A DNA stretch of 27,262 bases, from the NCBI GenBank assembly GCA_902795625.1, contig CADBLW010000028.1:1-27262 (forward strand), written 5' to 3'. Position numbers and translations under genes: made by a program. Under the pieces are notes generated by a model, which did not search any database, was not told where the DNA came from, and saw only the letters and a list, made by a program, of their open reading frames with translations. This document shows, piece by piece, positions 8,416 to 16,585 of the stretch (positions are counted from its first letter, which is position 1; every line of letters starts with the position of its first letter). Origin of the DNA: an uncultured Lachnospiraceae bacterium. GTDB lineage: Bacteria; Bacillota; Clostridia; Lachnospirales; Lachnospiraceae.

Positions 8416-10434
8416 ATGAGGGAGTTTGACATTCATGCGGAACTGGCAAAGCTGCCGTCGTGTCCCGGCGTGTATATCATGCACGACGCTCGCGACCGCA
8501 TACTTTATGTCGGCAAGGCGAAGATCCTGAAGCGCCGCGTGAGCCAGTATTTCCGGGAGGGGAACAAGCTCTCGCCGAAGATCCGCCGCATGGTCTCGCA
8601 GGTCAACTGGTTCGAGTATATCGTGGTATCCTCGGAACTCGAATCCCTTGTTTTGGAAAACAACCTGATCAAGGAGCACCGCCCGCCGTACAACACGCTT
8701 CTGAAGGACGACAAGACCTATCCGTTCATCAAGGTGACGACGGATGAGCCGTACCCGCGGGTGTTTCTCACAAGGCGGCAGGAGAAGGACAAGGCAAGAT
8801 ATTTCGGACCGTTCACGAACGGCGTGTCCGTGAACGACACCATAGAGCTTCTTCGGAAAATCTACCGCATCCGCACGTGCAACCGGGCGCTGCCCTCGAC
8901 GGATCCAAGCCTGCGGCCGTGCCTGTACCATCAGATCGGACAGTGTGACGCGCCTTGCGTCGGGCTTGTGAGCGAGGAGGCGTACGCGGAGATGGTCGCG
9001 AAGGTGCTGCGCTTCTTAGGCGGTGACTACTCCGACGGGATCGCGTACCTCACGAAGCGGATGGAGGAGGCGAGCGAGGCGCTGGAGTTTGAGAAGGCGG
9101 CGGAGTTCCGCGACCTGATCACGCGGGTGAAGGCGCTTGCCCAGGTTCAGCACGCAAACGACAAGAGGCTTGACGAGCGCGACATCATCGCGATGGCGAG
9201 AGAGGAGGAGCACTGCGTCGTGCAGGTCTTCTTCGAGCGGAACGGCAAGTTGATCGGACGGGAGCATTTTCATATGCAGGAGACGGACGAGCGCGGCGAC
9301 GCGGAGGTTCTGTCGGCATTCCTGCGGCAGTTTTACGAGGGGACACCGTACATTCCGCGGGAGGTTATGACGGAGATCATGCCGGAGGAAGCGGAGCTTT
9401 TAGAGCAGTGGCTCACGGTCAAACGGGAGCAGCCGGTGCACATCCGCGTGCCGAAGATCGGCGACAAGGAGCGGCTGATCCGGCTCGCGAAGGAAAATGC
9501 ACGCATGGTCATCGCGAAGGATCTTGAGAAGATCACCCGCGAGGAGGCGCGCACCCACGGAGCGATGCGCGACCTGGCAGGGCTTTTGGGGCTTGCGGAT
9601 CTCCATCGTGTGGAGTCCTACGATATCTCGAACATCAGCGGTTTTCACAGCGTCGGCTCCATGGTCGTCTTCACGGATGGCCGGGCCCGCAAATCTGACT
9701 ACCGCAAATTCCGCATCCAGAGCGTCGACGGACCGGATGATTACGCGTCGATGCGGGAGGTGCTGACGAGGCGGTTTACCCACGGGCTGCGGGAGCGCGA
9801 GGTCGCGGCAGCGGCAGTGGAAAATGCTGCGGCAGCGGCATCGGCAGGAAACGGGAAGATCGGCGGGAACTCATTTTCCGTATTCCCGGACGTCATTCTG
9901 ATGGACGGCGGCAAGGGGCAGATCGAGATCGCGGAGGAGGTGCTCGCGGAGCTCGGGCTTACGATCCCGGTCTGCGGCATGGTCAAGGACGACCGGCACC
10001 GCACGAGAGGGCTGTACTTCCGCGGGGAGGAGATCGCCCTGTCGGGCGCGAGCCACGGCGCGGCGGGCGCGAACGAGGAGGTTGCGGCGCTTGTGACGCG
10101 GATCCAGGACGAGACACACCGCTTCGCCATCGAGTATCACCGAAGCCTCCGCTCCAAGGGGCAGACCAGGTCGGTGCTCGATGACATCCCGGGCATCGGA
10201 CCCACGAGACGGCGGGCCATCATGATGTATTTTAAGAGCATGGCAGAGCTGCGGGAAGCGACCGCGGAGCAGATCGCGGGAGTGCCGGGCATGAACAGGG
10301 CGGCAGCGGCGTCGGTGTATTCCTTCCTGCACAAGGAGGAAGCGGACGGCAGCGGCAATGAGGAGCCTGAATGCGATAATGAAGCGGAAGGCAGCGAAAA
10401 TGCAGTGACAGACGGCGACAGTGAAAGAGACTGA
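8416..10434 (+). CDS. uvrC: Excinuclease ABC subunit C
   Basis: GIY-YIG domain (PGVYIM...LYVGKAK...RVSQYF); Cys-rich region; UVR coiled coil (LEFEKAAEFRD); RNase H-like ESYDISN and DGGKGQ; RDET-like QDETHRFAI; HhH motif DDIPGIG. Confidence 0.97.
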   Translation: MREFDIHAELAKLPSCPGVYIMHDARDRILYVGKAKILKRRVSQYFREGNKLSPKIRRMVSQVNWFEYIVVSSELESLVLENNLIKEHRPPYNTLLKDDKTYPFIKVTTDEPYPRVFLTRRQEKDKARYFGPFTNGVSVNDTIELLRKIYRIRTCNRALPSTDPSLRPCLYHQIGQCDAPCVGLVSEEAYAEMVAKVLRFLGGDYSDGIAYLTKRMEEASEALEFEKAAEFRDLITRVKALAQVQHANDKRLDERDIIAMAREEEHCVVQVFFERNGKLIGREHFHMQETDERGDAEVLSAFLRQFYEGTPYIPREVMTEIMPEEAELLEQWLTVKREQPVHIRVPKIGDKERLIRLAKENARMVIAKDLEKITREEARTHGAMRDLAGLLGLADLHRVESYDISNISGFHSVGSMVVFTDGRARKSDYRKFRIQSVDGPDDYASMREVLTRRFTHGLREREVAAAAVENAAAAASAGNGKIGGNSFSVFPDVILMDGGKGQIEIAEEVLAELGLTIPVCGMVKDDRHRTRGLYFRGEEIALSGASHGAAGANEEVAALVTRIQDETHRFAIEYHRSLRSKGQTRSVLDDIPGIGPTRRRAIMMYFKSMAELREATAEQIAGVPGMNRAAAASVYSFLHKEEADGSGNEEPECDNEAEGSENAVTDGDSERD

Positions 10435-10452
10435 CGGCGCTGACGAAAGCGA

Positions 10453-10481
10453 TTGAATAATGCACGCGCGTACTATATAAT
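10453..10481 (+). promoter_or_regulatory. Sigma-70/SigA promoter for the hprK-glk-murB-whiA-HPr block
   Basis: TTGAAT (10453-10458), 17-bp spacer, TATAAT (10476-10481); SD GGAGG precedes ATG 10517. Confidence 0.8.
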
Positions 10482-10516
10482 GGGTATGGTGCGTAATAAC
10501 ATTTTCGGAGGTAGGT

Positions 10517-11467
10517 ATGAGCACATATGAGGTTTCACTCGTAAAGATGGCGGAGAAGATGAATCTGGTGAATCTGACGCCGGAGATCGATATCACCAAG
10601 CGGAAGATCACGAAGCCGGAGATCAACCGGCCGGCACTGCAGCTGGCAGGCTTCTTCAGCGATTTCGATAAGGACCGCATACAGCTGATCGGCAACGTGG
10701 AGTATGCGTACATGTACAAGAACGAGATGACGTCCGAGGACCGTCACATCTGCTTCTCAAGACTGATGGGCTACGGCGTGCCGTGCATCATTTTCTGCCG
10801 GAACCTGCACGTCAGCGACGGAATGCGCAAGCTGGCGCTCGACAAGGGCGTTCCGGTGTTCCAGAGCAGCATGGAGACCACGGCGCTCGTCGCGGAGCTC
10901 GTGCGCTGGCTGAAGGTTCAGCTCGCGCCGCGCATCTCGATCCACGGTGTGCTCGTCGACGTGTTCGGCGAAGGTCTGCTGATCATGGGTGAGAGCGGTA
11001 TCGGTAAGAGCGAGGCAGCTCTCGAGCTCATCAAGAGAGGACACCGCCTTGTCTCCGACGATGTCGTCGAGATCAAGAAGGTCAGCGACGACACGCTGTT
11101 CGGTTCGGCGCCCGATGTGACGAAGCATCTGATCGAGCTTCGCGGTATCGGTATCATCGACGTCAAGACGCTGTACGGTGTGCAGAGCGTCAAGGAGACG
11201 CAGACGATCGACCTTGTGATCCAGCTTGAGGAGTGGGACCGCGAGAAGGAGTACGACCGCCTCGGCCTCGAGGAGAAATACACGGAGTTCCTCGGCAACC
11301 GCGTGGTGTGCAACAACATCCCGATCCGGCCCGGCCGTAACCTCGCCATCATCTGCGAGGCGGCGGCGATCAACTACCGCCAGAAGAAGATGGGCTACAA
11401 CGCGGCACTCGAGCTTCAGAAGCGTGTCACGGAAAATCTTATGAAGCATGCGAACGGGGAGGAGTAA
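10517..11467 (+). CDS. hprK: HPr(Ser) kinase/phosphorylase
   Basis: INRPALQLAG; HGVLVDVFGEG; Walker A GESGIGKSE; LVSDDVV; signature LIELRGIGII; PIRPGRNLA. Confidence 0.97.
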   Translation: MSTYEVSLVKMAEKMNLVNLTPEIDITKRKITKPEINRPALQLAGFFSDFDKDRIQLIGNVEYAYMYKNEMTSEDRHICFSRLMGYGVPCIIFCRNLHVSDGMRKLALDKGVPVFQSSMETTALVAELVRWLKVQLAPRISIHGVLVDVFGEGLLIMGESGIGKSEAALELIKRGHRLVSDDVVEIKKVSDDTLFGSAPDVTKHLIELRGIGIIDVKTLYGVQSVKETQTIDLVIQLEEWDREKEYDRLGLEEKYTEFLGNRVVCNNIPIRPGRNLAIICEAAAINYRQKKMGYNAALELQKRVTENLMKHANGEE

Positions 11468-11468
11468 C

Positions 11469-12410
11469 ATGAGATATTGTTTCGGTATTGACATAGGAGG
11501 AACCTCCATCAAATGCGGATTGTTCACGCAGGACGGCACGGTCGTCCGCAAATGGGAGATCCCCACAAACCGTGAGGCCGGCGGAGTGAAGATCCCCGGC
11601 GAGCTTGCGGCATCCATATCGCAGGTGATGAGTGAGGAGAAGCTGACGCAGGATATGGTCATCGGCGTCGGTATGGGCGTTCCCGGACCGGTCCTCGCGG
11701 ACGGCATGGTCCTGCTGTGCCCGAACCTCGGATGGGATCACATCAACGTGAGAGTGATGATGGAGCAGATGCTCGGAGTTCCGGTGCGCGTCGGCAATGA
11801 TGCCAACGTGGCGGCTCTCGGCGAGCAGTGGAAGGGCGGCGGACGCGGCTACTCCGACATGCTCATGGTCACCCTCGGAACGGGTGTCGGCGGAGGCCTG
11901 ATCCTCGGCGGAAAGATCGTCTGCGGTAGTAACGGTGCGGCGGCGGAGATCGGACATATCGTCGTGAACCAGGAGGAGACGGACCGCTGCGGCTGCGGCT
12001 GCAGAGGACATCTCGAGCAGTACGCGTCGGCGACGGGTATCGTCCGCATGGCGAAGAAGCGCCTCGCTTCCGAGTCGGTGGCGACATCGCTTCACTCCTT
12101 CGACAATCTGACAGCGAAGGATATCTTCGACGAGGCAAAGAAGGGCGACGAGGTCGCGTGCTCCCTTGTGGACACCCTCGGTTCGTATCTGGCGCTGGCT
12201 CTCTCCCATGTGGCGGCGGTTGCCGATCCGGTGGCCTTTGTCATCGGCGGCGGAGTGAGCAAGGCAGGCTCGATCCTGATCGACGCCATCGAGAAGCATT
12301 ACAATGACAACATTCTTCCCGCGCTGCGCGGCAAGGTGTTCCGCTTGGCGGAGCTCGGCAACGACGCGGGAATTTACGGAGCGGCGCGCATGACGCTCGA
12401 GGACAGATAA
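11469..12410 (+). CDS. glk: ROK-family glucokinase
   Basis: GIDIGGT, NDANVAALGE, TLGTGVGGG, EIGHI, Cys-rich CGCGCRGHLE, GGGVS and LGNDAGIYGA. ATG lies 1 nt after the hprK stop, with SD GAGGAG inside the hprK end. Confidence 0.9.
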   Translation: MRYCFGIDIGGTSIKCGLFTQDGTVVRKWEIPTNREAGGVKIPGELAASISQVMSEEKLTQDMVIGVGMGVPGPVLADGMVLLCPNLGWDHINVRVMMEQMLGVPVRVGNDANVAALGEQWKGGGRGYSDMLMVTLGTGVGGGLILGGKIVCGSNGAAAEIGHIVVNQEETDRCGCGCRGHLEQYASATGIVRMAKKRLASESVATSLHSFDNLTAKDIFDEAKKGDEVACSLVDTLGSYLALALSHVAAVADPVAFVIGGGVSKAGSILIDAIEKHYNDNILPALRGKVFRLAELGNDAGIYGAARMTLEDR

Positions 12411-12511
12411 TTTCCGCGGATCGCGCGGGGACGGCACGGAAATGCGCGTGATACCCGGGGACGCCGGGCAGTCTCAATGGGTGCCGAGTGAAGGACAGAC
12501 GGTTACGGTTT

Positions 12512-13435
12512 ATGGTAAGTGAGAAACAGAGACAATTGTTGAGCGCGCTGTACGTAGAGCGGGGCATTTTCCGCGAGAAGGAGCCCATGGCGGCGCACAC
12601 GACGTTCCGGATCGGCGGACCGGCCGAGCTATATCTTGTGCCGGCCGACGAGGAGCAGCTGGCGGCGACGGTGCGGCTTCTGCGCTCCGAGGGGATGCGG
12701 TGGCAGATCCTCGGCAACGGCAGCAACGTGCTTGTGGCAGACAGCGGGATCGAGGGCGTGCTCATTCATATGGAAGACAAGAAGAGTGTGCCGGTGTACC
12801 GCACGGAAGGCGGCACGGTGCTGGCGACGGTCACGGCGGGAATGTCGCTGTCCGGGTTTGCGAGAGACGCATGTGAGCGCGGGCTCGCCGACATGGAATA
12901 TGCGACGGGTATTCCCGGAACGGTGGGCGGCGGCGTCGTGATGAACGCGGGCGCCTATGAGGGGGAGATCAGACACTCCCTCCGCGAGGTGACGGTGATC
13001 ACTGCGGAAGGCGAGAGACGGGTACTGCCGGCGGCGGACCTGAAGCTTTCGTACCGCTACAGCATAATCCCCGAGAAGGGGTATCTCGTGACGGGCGCAA
13101 CCTTCGGGCTGAAGGAGGGCAACCGCGACGGGATCCGGGCGAAGGTGCTGGAGCTCTCGGCCAGACGGCGCGAGAAGCAGCCGCTCGAGTATCCGAGCGC
13201 GGGAAGCACGTTCAAGCGGCCGACGGGGTATTACGCGGGCAAACTCATCGAGGAGGCGGGCCTTCGCGGATACACGGTCGGCGGGGCTCAGGTTTCGGAG
13301 AAGCACTGCGGCTTCGTGATCAACCGCGGCGGGGCAACCTGCGCGGATGTGAAGAAGCTGATCGCGGACGTACAGCGGATCGTGCTGGAGAAATCCGGCG
13401 TGAAGCTGGAGCCCGAGGTGAAATTCCTCTCGTGA
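12512..13435 (+). CDS. murB: UDP-N-acetylmuramate dehydrogenase
   Basis: HTTFRIGGPA, LGNGSNVLV, GIPGTVGG...MNAGAY, QPLEYPSAGSTFKRP, SEKHCGF and LEPEV. Alternative start at GTG 12488. Confidence 0.96.
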   Translation: MVSEKQRQLLSALYVERGIFREKEPMAAHTTFRIGGPAELYLVPADEEQLAATVRLLRSEGMRWQILGNGSNVLVADSGIEGVLIHMEDKKSVPVYRTEGGTVLATVTAGMSLSGFARDACERGLADMEYATGIPGTVGGGVVMNAGAYEGEIRHSLREVTVITAEGERRVLPAADLKLSYRYSIIPEKGYLVTGATFGLKEGNRDGIRAKVLELSARRREKQPLEYPSAGSTFKRPTGYYAGKLIEEAGLRGYTVGGAQVSEKHCGFVINRGGATCADVKKLIADVQRIVLEKSGVKLEPEVKFLS

Positions 13436-13543
13436 CGGACCGATGATCCGCGGAGCTGCGGAGGATGCGTTCACGGCCGGGAAAATGGGTGACTCACGGT
13501 TTCGGTCGCGAAGATGGCCGGAACGAATACACGGGGAAACGGA

Positions 13544-14506
13544 ATGTCATTTGCGAAAGACCTGAAACAGGAACTGGCGGAAAAACTGTCGGGCGCGCGC
13601 CATTGCAGGCTTGCGGAGCTCGCCGGGATGATGCTGTACGGCGGCTCGGTGGTCACGGATAAGGACGGCAGCCGACTTCTCGTTTTTTCCACGGAAAAGG
13701 AAATAATTGCGAAAAAGTGCTTTACATTTCTCAAAAAGTCCTTTAATATGAGGATTGGTGCAGGGGAGACAACTGTCGAAAGCCGCCGCGGAACGAACTT
13801 TACGGTCACCGTGTCGGGGGACAGCGATGTCAGACGCTGCACGGAGGAGATGGGCTTTGCGTGGCCGGAAGGAAGGGACCTTCGGGCGGCGGAGGCTCTG
13901 TCGGATTGGACATTGACCATGCCTGAGGAAATCTGCTGCGGGAGAAGTTTTACGCGCGGGTTGTTCCTGATGCGGGGGACGATGAACGATCCCGAAAAAT
14001 CGTATCATTTTGAAGTTGCCGTGCCTTCGGAGACAATCGGCCGATGGCTGGCCGGCTTCCTTGCGCAGTTTGACTGCGAGCCGCGGGTGAGAGAGCGGCG
14101 AGGGTCCTGTGTGGTGTATCTGAAAGACGCAGAGCAGATCGCCGATGCGCTGACCGTGATGGATGCGGTGGGCGCGAGACTGCGGTTCGAGGAGGTCCGG
14201 GTAGTGCGCAATAAGCGCGGCGAAGTCCAGCGAAAGGTAAACTGTGAGGTTTCCAATATCGCGAAGACGACGCAGGCTGCGGGACGGCAAATAGAAGCCA
14301 TCGAACTCATCGAGCGTGTCGCGGGGTTGCACACACTGCCGGATGAGCTTCGGAAAATGGCGAAGCTTCGGTTGGAGAACCCGGAGTTTTCGCTGCAGGA
14401 ACTGGGGGATTGCTCCACACCGCCGGTCGGGCGGTCGTGTGTCAATCATCGTTTGCAAAAACTATGTGAGATCGCTGAGGGTTTACGGTTGAAAGAAGGA
14501 GGTTGA
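13544..14506 (+). CDS. whiA: DNA-binding protein WhiA
   Basis: MSFAKDLKQEL; RHCRLAEL; LAGLIDADG-derived RGLFLMRGTMNDPEKSYHFE; NRKVNCE-like VQRKVNCEVSNIAKT; C-terminal HTH SLQELG...VNHRLQKL. Noticeably diverged from the family consensus. Confidence 0.9.
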   Translation: MSFAKDLKQELAEKLSGARHCRLAELAGMMLYGGSVVTDKDGSRLLVFSTEKEIIAKKCFTFLKKSFNMRIGAGETTVESRRGTNFTVTVSGDSDVRRCTEEMGFAWPEGRDLRAAEALSDWTLTMPEEICCGRSFTRGLFLMRGTMNDPEKSYHFEVAVPSETIGRWLAGFLAQFDCEPRVRERRGSCVVYLKDAEQIADALTVMDAVGARLRFEEVRVVRNKRGEVQRKVNCEVSNIAKTTQAAGRQIEAIELIERVAGLHTLPDELRKMAKLRLENPEFSLQELGDCSTPPVGRSCVNHRLQKLCEIAEGLRLKEGG

Positions 14507-14510
14507 GTCA

Positions 14511-14765
14511 ATGATTTCCAAAGATGTGACAGTAAACATTCCCAATGGTCTCGGCGGAAGACCGATTGCCTTGCTGGTACAGGTGGCAAGCCGTTACGAC
14601 AGCAGCGTGTATGTGCAGTGTGAGAACAAGAAGGTTAATGCGAAGAGTATCATGGGTATGATGAGCCTGGCTCTTCCGACCGGTTCCAACGTCACCGTGA
14701 CAGTTAACGGAACGGATGAGGAAGCTGCAATGAAGGACATCGAGGCATACTTGAAGAACGAGTAA
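14511..14765 (+). CDS. HPr-family phosphocarrier, Crh-like (Gly at position 15, Ser46 intact)
   Basis: Sequence NGLGGRP at positions 12-18 and NAKSIMG with Ser at position 46; SD AGGAGG in the end of whiA. Confidence 0.92.
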   Translation: MISKDVTVNIPNGLGGRPIALLVQVASRYDSSVYVQCENKKVNAKSIMGMMSLALPTGSNVTVTVNGTDEEAAMKDIEAYLKNE

Positions 14766-14774
14766 GCCGGGCTA

Positions 14775-14803
14775 TTGACATTTTCCGTGAAATTCGCTAA
14801 ACT
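14775..14803 (+). promoter_or_regulatory. Sigma-70/SigA promoter for the SCIFF precursor and maturase
   Basis: Perfect TTGACA (14775-14780), 17-bp spacer, TAAACT (14798-14803); AGGAGG precedes ATG 14851. Confidence 0.8.
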
Positions 14804-14850
14804 GAGTACAGTTGTTACGATGAAGTAACGGATAGCGACAGGAGGTTCTT

Positions 14851-15006
14851 ATGAAACAGAACAAGCATATCAAGACGATGAAGACGCGCAATCTTTGCGA
14901 GAGCGCTAAGAAGGGCGGATGCGGCGAGTGCCAGACATCATGCCAGTCGGCTTGCAAGACGAGCTGCGGTATTGCTAATCAGAAGTGCGAGAAGAGCAGC
15001 AAGTAA
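14851..15006 (+). CDS. scfA: SCIFF ranthipeptide precursor (six-cysteines-in-forty-five family), 51 aa, absent from the supplied ORF track
   Basis: Hand translation: MKQNKHIKTMKTRNLCESAKKGGCGECQTSCQSACKTSCGIANQKCEKSSK*. It carries the diagnostic GGCGECQTSCQSACKTSC core, has a strong SD, and lies directly before the maturase. Confidence 0.96.
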   Translation: MKQNKHIKTMKTRNLCESAKKGGCGECQTSCQSACKTSCGIANQKCEKSSK

Positions 15007-15023
15007 GAAAACAAACTTAAATG

Positions 15024-15047
15024 AAATCGCCCTTCGGGGCGATTTTT
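15024..15047 (+). terminator. Intrinsic terminator/attenuator between the SCIFF precursor and the maturase
   Basis: AAATCGCCC-TTCG-GGGCGATTT followed by TT; C(UUCG)G extra-stable tetraloop; T5 run at 15043-15047. Confidence 0.75.
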
Positions 15048-15065
15048 CATATACAGGAGGAATTT

Positions 15066-16448
15066 GTGATACACCAGTATAAGATGGCCGGTCACAACAT
15101 TGTCATGGATATCGCGTCGGGCGCGATCCATGAGGTTGACGACCTGACTTACGATATGATCGCGGAGTACCCGGGATCGGAGCGCGAGGCGCTGATCGCG
15201 TCGATACAGGCGAAGTACCCGGATGCGGCCCATGAGGAGCTGTGCGAGATTTACGATGAGATCGCGGAACTTGCGGAGGCGGGGCAGCTGTTTGCGGAGG
15301 ATACGTTCGCGCCGATGGCGGGCGAACTGAAGGCGCGGACAAGCGGCGTCGTGAAGGCGCTGTGCCTGCACGTCGCGCACACCTGCAACCTGAACTGTTC
15401 CTACTGCTTCGCAAGCCAGGGACGGTTCCACGGCGAGCGCGCGATCATGAGCTTTGAAACCGGAAAGCGTGCCATCGATTTTCTGGTGGAAAATTCCGGT
15501 TCGCGCCGCAACCTCGAAGTCGATTTCTTCGGCGGTGAGCCGCTTCTCAACTGGGATGTGGTGAAGCAGATCGTGGAGTATGCCAGAAGCATCGAGAAGG
15601 AAAAGGGAAAGAATTTCCGCTTCACGCTGACTACCAACGGCATGCTCGTCGACGACGAGGTCATCGAGTACGCGAACCGTGAGATGCACAACGTTGTTCT
15701 GAGCCTGGACGGACGGAAGGAGGTCCATGACCGCTTCCGGAAGGATTACGCAGGCAAAGGCAGCTACGACGTCATCGTGCCGAAGTTTCAGAAGTTTGTC
15801 GAGGCCCGCGGAGGGAAGAACTACTATATCCGCGGCACGTTCACCCACGCCAATCCCGATTTTCTCGCAGACATCGAGACGATGCTCGACCTCGGGTTCA
15901 CGGAGCTCAGCATGGAGCCCGTCGTGTGTGCGCCGGGGGACGCGATGGCTTTGACGGAGGAGGATTTTCCGATCGTGTGCGAGCAGTATGAGAAACTCGC
16001 GGAACTGATGCTGAAGCGCCGGGAGGAGGGACGTCCGTTCACCTTCTACCACTACATGATCGACCTTGAGGACGGACCGTGCATCTACAAGCGCATCAGC
16101 GGATGCGGCTCGGGGACGGAGTACATGGCGGTGACGCCGTGGGGTGATCTGTATCCGTGCCACCAGTTTGTGGGCGAGGAGCGGTTCAAGCTCGGCGACA
16201 TCCGGAAGGGCGTTGACAACACCGCGGTCCGGGAGGATTTTGCGAGCTGCAACGTGTACGCGAGAGAGGAGTGCCGCGACTGTTGGGCACGCCTGTACTG
16301 CGCCGGCGGATGCGCGGCGAACGCGTACCACGCCACCGGTTCGGTGCGCGGCGTGTACGAGTACGGCTGCCGGCTGTTCCGCAAGCGCCTGGAGTGCGCG
16401 ATCATGCTGAAGGTTGCGGAGGCCGACGCGGAGGAAGAGGACGAGTAA
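15066..16448 (+). CDS. scfB: Thioether cross-link-forming SCIFF peptide maturase (radical SAM/SPASM with N-terminal RRE)
   Basis: CNLNCSYC radical SAM motif; FFGGEP; TTNG; SPASM cysteines (GPCIYKRISGCG...PCHQF...CRDC...CAGGC). AGGAGG precedes GTG 15066. Confidence 0.95.
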   Translation: MIHQYKMAGHNIVMDIASGAIHEVDDLTYDMIAEYPGSEREALIASIQAKYPDAAHEELCEIYDEIAELAEAGQLFAEDTFAPMAGELKARTSGVVKALCLHVAHTCNLNCSYCFASQGRFHGERAIMSFETGKRAIDFLVENSGSRRNLEVDFFGGEPLLNWDVVKQIVEYARSIEKEKGKNFRFTLTTNGMLVDDEVIEYANREMHNVVLSLDGRKEVHDRFRKDYAGKGSYDVIVPKFQKFVEARGGKNYYIRGTFTHANPDFLADIETMLDLGFTELSMEPVVCAPGDAMALTEEDFPIVCEQYEKLAELMLKRREEGRPFTFYHYMIDLEDGPCIYKRISGCGSGTEYMAVTPWGDLYPCHQFVGEERFKLGDIRKGVDNTAVREDFASCNVYAREECRDCWARLYCAGGCAANAYHATGSVRGVYEYGCRLFRKRLECAIMLKVAEADAEEEDE

Positions 16449-16527
16449 CCGTCGGAGAGAGGCCGGACAACGGAGTGTCCGGTGAGGAGAAGCAGAAGAA
16501 GTGAGTAACCGGCAGGGAGAAGCCGGT
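16446..16527 (+). repeat. Two TAACC..GGAGA repeat units flanking a CCGGACA hairpin after scfB
   Basis: TAACCGTCGGAGAGAGGC (16446), hairpin CCGGACA-ACGGAG-TGTCCGG (16463-16482), TAACCGGCAGGGAGAAGC (16506); resembles the element after ftsH. Confidence 0.6.
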
Positions 16528-16585
16528 GGGCTTAGGGTTTTGTCGCGGCGGCAAGGGCCGCTGCGCGGAGAAGCAAGGGGTTACC

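Noticed and set aside
11986-12018. ROK zinc motif with His in place of the last Cys (CGCGCRGHLE)
   Set aside because: I recall GHLE as a recurring variant in clostridial ROK kinases; all other motifs are intact, so it is not evidence of novelty.
13465-13662. 65-aa plus-strand ORF between murB and whiA as a rapZ remnant
   Set aside because: It overlaps whiA out of frame and shows no RapZ motif such as the GxSGSGKS P-loop.
15021-15065. ATG 15021 as the scfB start
   Set aside because: It lies inside the terminator hairpin without an SD, whereas GTG 15066 has AGGAGG at proper spacing and gives the typical MIHQYK N-terminus.
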